A stretch of DNA of 63,483 nt, filler included, from Chiloscyllium plagiosum (lineage: Eukaryota): assembly GCF_004010195.1 (NCBI RefSeq). It is 4 parts of one record of this genome, joined end to end, with 100 filler letters (N's around TTAATTAATTAA, not from the genome) between each part and the next. Parts side by side here need not be neighbours in the genome. Positions count along the whole stretch, not along the records: positions 61,652 to 63,483 come from NC_057714.1; 3 more parts are not named here. One strand, 5' to 3'. Positions within the stretch are counted from its first letter, which is position 1; every line of letters begins with the position of its first letter. Below are positions 61,950 to 63,483 of the stretch, in pieces. The notes beneath the pieces were generated by a model. That model was not told the origin of the DNA. It ran no database searches and saw only the letters and a program-made list of their open reading frames with translations. The translations under genes were made by a program, and so were the position numbers.

Positions 61950-63483
61950 GAATGAACGAGGGACGGGTACATGACCAATGCTTAGAGTAGGGAGTGTGCG
62001 GGTGAGTGAGCGTAATGGTGAGGGAGAATCCAGGCAGATGAGCGTGACGGTGTGGACTGTGCAGTAGAGTAAGTGTGAGGGTGCTGGAGTGTACAAGGAG
62101 TGAACATGACGGTAGGAGACTGAGCGGGGTGATTGATTGGGACCGTGGTGTAGTGTGCGGGAGACTGAATGCGATGGTGGTGAAGTATTCTGGGGAGTGA
62201 ACATGAGAGTGTGGACATTTGCGAGGGAGAGAGCGTGATGCGGTATGAGTGCGTGGGGAGGGAGAGTGATGGCGGGAGAGTGTGTGGGGAAGTGAGTATG
62301 ACGATGATGGTGCATGATGGTGTTGAAATGTGCATACGAGTGAGGGCTATGGTGTTGACGTGGGAAGGGTAGAGCGTGTCACAGTGGAGTAGAGTGTAGG
62401 GGAAGTAAATGTGATGCTGAGGGAGTGTGTGGGGGAGTGAGTGTGATGGTGGGGAGTGTGCAGCAGGGTAGGCATTATGGTAATGAAGTGTACGAGAATT
62501 GAGCATATGTTGGGGAACTGCGCGGGGGAGTGAGCATGGTAATGTGGGCATGTGGGAGGAGAGAGAGCGTAACGTTGAGGGGTGAGAGTGGAGGAGGCAG
62601 TACGTTGGTCGGTGAGTGCGGGGAGTGAGCGTGACGGTGACAGAGCTTGTGGGGGAGTCAGCTTGACAGTGGGGAAGTGTGCAGGAGTGCGAACATGAAG
62701 GTTTGGGCGTGTGCGGGGAAGAGAGGGTGACAGTGAAGAAGAGTGTAGAGGGAGTGATTGTGATGGTGAGGGAGTGTGCAGTGAAGTGACGGTGATGGTG
62801 CAGTAGTATGCAGGGGAGTGAGTGTGACGATGATGGAGTGTCTGGAGAATGAGTGTGATGGAAGCAAGTTTGCTGGGGAGATGGTATGACAGTGGGAGAG
62901 AGAGCTGAGGAATGAGTATGTCAGCGGGGTTATGCGTTGAAGAGTGAGCGGGACGGTGGGAAGGAGTGCAGGGGAATGTGTGTGATGGTAGGACAGGGTA
63001 TTGAGCATTACGTTGTGGCGGTGTGTAGGGAAGTGAGCATTCGATGGGGGCGTATGCTTGGTCGTGAGTGTGATTTTGGGACTGTGTGCAGGGGAGTAAA
63101 TGTGACCATGGCGAATTGTGTGGAAGAGTGAATGTGACTGTGGGGAGCATTCAGGAGAGTGCGCATGATGGTGGAGAGTGTGTGAGTGAGTGAGGGTGAT
63201 GGTGGGCATATGTGTGGGGCGGAGGCTTGTCGGTGGGGCAGTGTGTTGTGGAGCGAGCATGACAATGGGGGAGTGTATGGGGGTGTGAAAATGATGGTGG
63301 AGGGATTTGGGGCTGTGAGTTAGATGGTGGGCAAACATGTGGGGAATAATTGCAATGGTAGTGGACTGTGTGAGGGTGTGAGTTTAACAGTGTGGGAGGT
63401 TGCAGGAGAGTAAGCATGACGATGTGGATGTGCAGGTGGAGTGAAAGTGACGTTGGCATATTTGTGCATATGAGCGAGCCTGT
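61950..63483 (+). repeat. Degenerate G/T-rich minisatellite-like array (unit roughly 30-36 bp)
   Basis: Recurring gtgagc(a/g)tga(c/t)ggtg...ggagtgtg(c/t)(a/g)gggga pattern; strong G-over-C strand skew; produces stop-poor His/Thr/Pro/Ser ORFs on the minus strand. Confidence 0.75.

Noticed and set aside
61932..63459. Long His/Thr/Pro/Ser-rich minus-strand ORFs (up to 267 aa)
   Set aside because: Open in several frames at once because the C/A-rich repeat strand lacks stops; no domain or splice support.

Overview
Eukaryotic genomic DNA, almost certainly from a shark or other elasmobranch (HE1/V-SINEs, SacSINE1-like DeuSINEs, shark-type CR1 and Rex1/Babar LINEs). One protein-coding gene is supported: the 3' half of TFPI2 on the + strand. 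It comprises the Kunitz-2 exon (1390-1569), the Kunitz-3 exon (1665-1838), the basic-tail and stop exon (12324-12430) and a 3'UTR to about 13.4 kb. The remaining ~50 kb is transposon-dense and apparently intergenic: many CR1 fragments (including a four-level nest at 48.9-57.4 kb), Rex1/Babar and L2-like LINEs, a decayed Gypsy element with a related solo LTR, and Harbinger and pogo relics. It also holds at least four families of Penelope-like elements (PLEs) carrying minimal hammerhead-ribozyme motifs. The most notable observations are (i) short fold-back PLE-derived insertions, each with its own target-site duplication; (ii) about a dozen hammerhead cores; (iii) a diverged duplicate of the TFPI2 3'UTR/poly(A) region 3.4 kb downstream; and (iv) a canonical P1-Arg second Kunitz domain. 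Three 100-bp assembly gaps carry an artificial TTAATTAATTAA linker. Repeat boundaries were read by eye and are approximate unless a TSD is quoted; family names come from recalled motifs, not database searches.
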